Source: Fimicolochytrium jonesii (lineage: Eukaryota). Taken from it: a stretch of DNA of 64,000 nucleotides. This document shows, piece after piece, positions 62,503 through 64,000 of this stretch (positions are counted from its first letter, which is position 1; every line of letters begins with the position of its first letter). Position numbers and translations under genes: made by a program. Under the pieces are notes generated by a model. It saw only the letters and a list, made by a program, of their open reading frames with translations, was not told the DNA's origin and did not search any database. The stretch spans positions 124,001-188,000 of the forward strand of contig NW_026515680.1 in assembly GCF_025526975.1 (NCBI RefSeq), read 5' to 3'.

Positions 62503-64000
62503 ATGGTGGGGGGATGTGGGGATCGCCTCTGTTATGTGAGGGGGGGGGGGGGGGGGGGTGATGTGAGGGGGGGTTAGTTATTGAAGGAGGGGGGGGGGGG
62601 GGGGGGGGGGAATGGGGCAAGCGGTGCGATGCTGGCTTGTGAACCCCTTTCTCGTCTCGATTGAACATATAGGAGGAACGGGGAAACGGGAAATGAGGGC
62701 AGAGCGGGGGGATGATACGGACTGAACCTGTCTTGTTCTTTTGCGCGCTCCCTCCTTTCTCCTTGTGTGGGGGTGTGTTTGTATCATATATAACTTGCGT
62801 TTTTTTTTTCACACCTGGCGGTGCTGCAATTTGCGGGCATTGGACTATGCGCCTGGGGGCCGCCTGCTTGTCAATGAAACCCAAAAGTCATGCGGCAATG
62901 GTCTGGCTGGCTCCTATCCACACCAACCCTGGTTTGCATGTAGAGCTTAAAGTGTTTGGGCACAGGAGTATAGTTATACAGTACACCGCCCCCCATCCCC
63001 TCTTCACCGCGGCCGGACACCCCATTCCCGGCCCCGTTCTGCACACCAATCGGAGCTGGAGCTATCTCTCTGGCTTTGCAGGGCTCCATTCGCGTAAAAC
63101 TTCTTACATCCCCTCGCGGCCCCCCCCCCCCCCCCCCTCCCCGCGGGATCGTTGTTTACATCCAGCTGTGCGTTCCGCAAGTACAGTCCAGCGCGGTGGG
63201 CCGGGAAAGTCGCGAATGACCGGCCGCGAATGATTGTATATGTAGGGCCGGCGGGGAAGGGTGTGAACTATGCGGGTAGGATTCAGACAGTCGACTGTCG
63301 AGCGCCTCAAATCCCAAGGCGAAGACAAGGCCAGGCTTGCCTTGGGGGACCGCTATGCCGTCGATGTTGCTTGTGGATGACGTAAGCTGCTCGAATAGGT
63401 TGATCGAATGTTCGTTGTGGAATATTCGGAACCGGGCACTCCGAGCAAGAAAGCCTTGCAGTGCCCGCCTTCGATTGATCGCGCGCTGTGGAAGGGACTC
63501 GTCGTTCGTGCTCTACATGTACAGTACGTGTTGAACCCCGTCGGCCCCGGGTGATGGCCGCCATCAGGGCAGAGACGTTCATGGTTGACAGTGCCGGCGC
63601 CGGATTCCCTGATGCCTTGATCGTTCCAGCCGTCCATGGACAAGACCCGCACCCGTCGCTCCCAGCGTTTCGGCGTCCGCTGTGGGGTAGCTCGATCGCC
63701 CAACCTCGATACGTTCTCGCCGTCGCGCGTAATGTCCCCCACCGCTGGACGCTCTCGGCAAAGGGGATGGAGGCGAGGGAAGCGAATGCCCAAGTCATCA
63801 ACTACGGGAACGCTCACCTAGCGGTGTCAAAAGACCGTCGCACGTCCTCGCCCACTTTGCCAACAGCAAACAACGACGAGCGCACGTTTCATCCGACCCC
63901 TCCAACCAGCACCTCAACCAAGAGTAGCCATGTCGAGGCATAACCGAACGAGCTCCGCGGCAAAGCGCAAAACTTCGCCGGCGACGCAACCTTTCCGAAT

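Noticed and set aside
62540..62610. Poly-G/poly-C tracts as functional G-quadruplex elements
   Set aside because: Such homopolymers are scattered throughout the window (e.g. 22881, 39610, 52366, 53481, 55352) with no specific context; lengths may be sequencing-affected.
63307..63989. Overlapping ORFs at the window end
   Set aside because: Several open frames on both strands with no identifiable family; cannot pick a coding frame.

Overview
A 64 kb stretch of an intron-rich, GC-rich eukaryotic nuclear genome. It is most likely a zoosporic (chytrid-type) fungus, inferred from fungal-type POLG, ArfGAP and CipC alongside Rab23, STYX, SCYL3 and EndoU. About 17 ordinary host genes are present: SCYL3-like, GAPDH, CipC/DUF3759, START protein, CBF5, POLG/MIP1, BAR-PH-ArfGAP-ANK, SPC24, DUF4604, EndoU, FAD oxidoreductase, STYX-like DSP, SCP2, SDS3, mitochondrial HMG-box, RAB23, a CAMK-type kinase and PEX22, plus tRNA-Val(CAC). 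The standout is a ~15 kb decayed island (~10.8-25.8 kb) between the START gene and CBF5. Its recognisable reading frames are all on the minus strand and are broken by stops, frameshifts and deletion junctions. They include a RING finger gene, a divergent histone H3 fused in frame to an eroded H4, an alpha-kinase fragment abutting a Fanzor/TnpB-like RuvC fragment, an H3-tail mimic, a CUE domain and a TET/JBP-type 2OG-Fe(II) dioxygenase. This looks like a relic large mobile element or endogenous virus with a chromatin-manipulating toolkit. An actinobacterial-type GNAT pseudogene sits at ~5.5-5.9 kb. All family calls come from motif recognition by eye; no database search was run.
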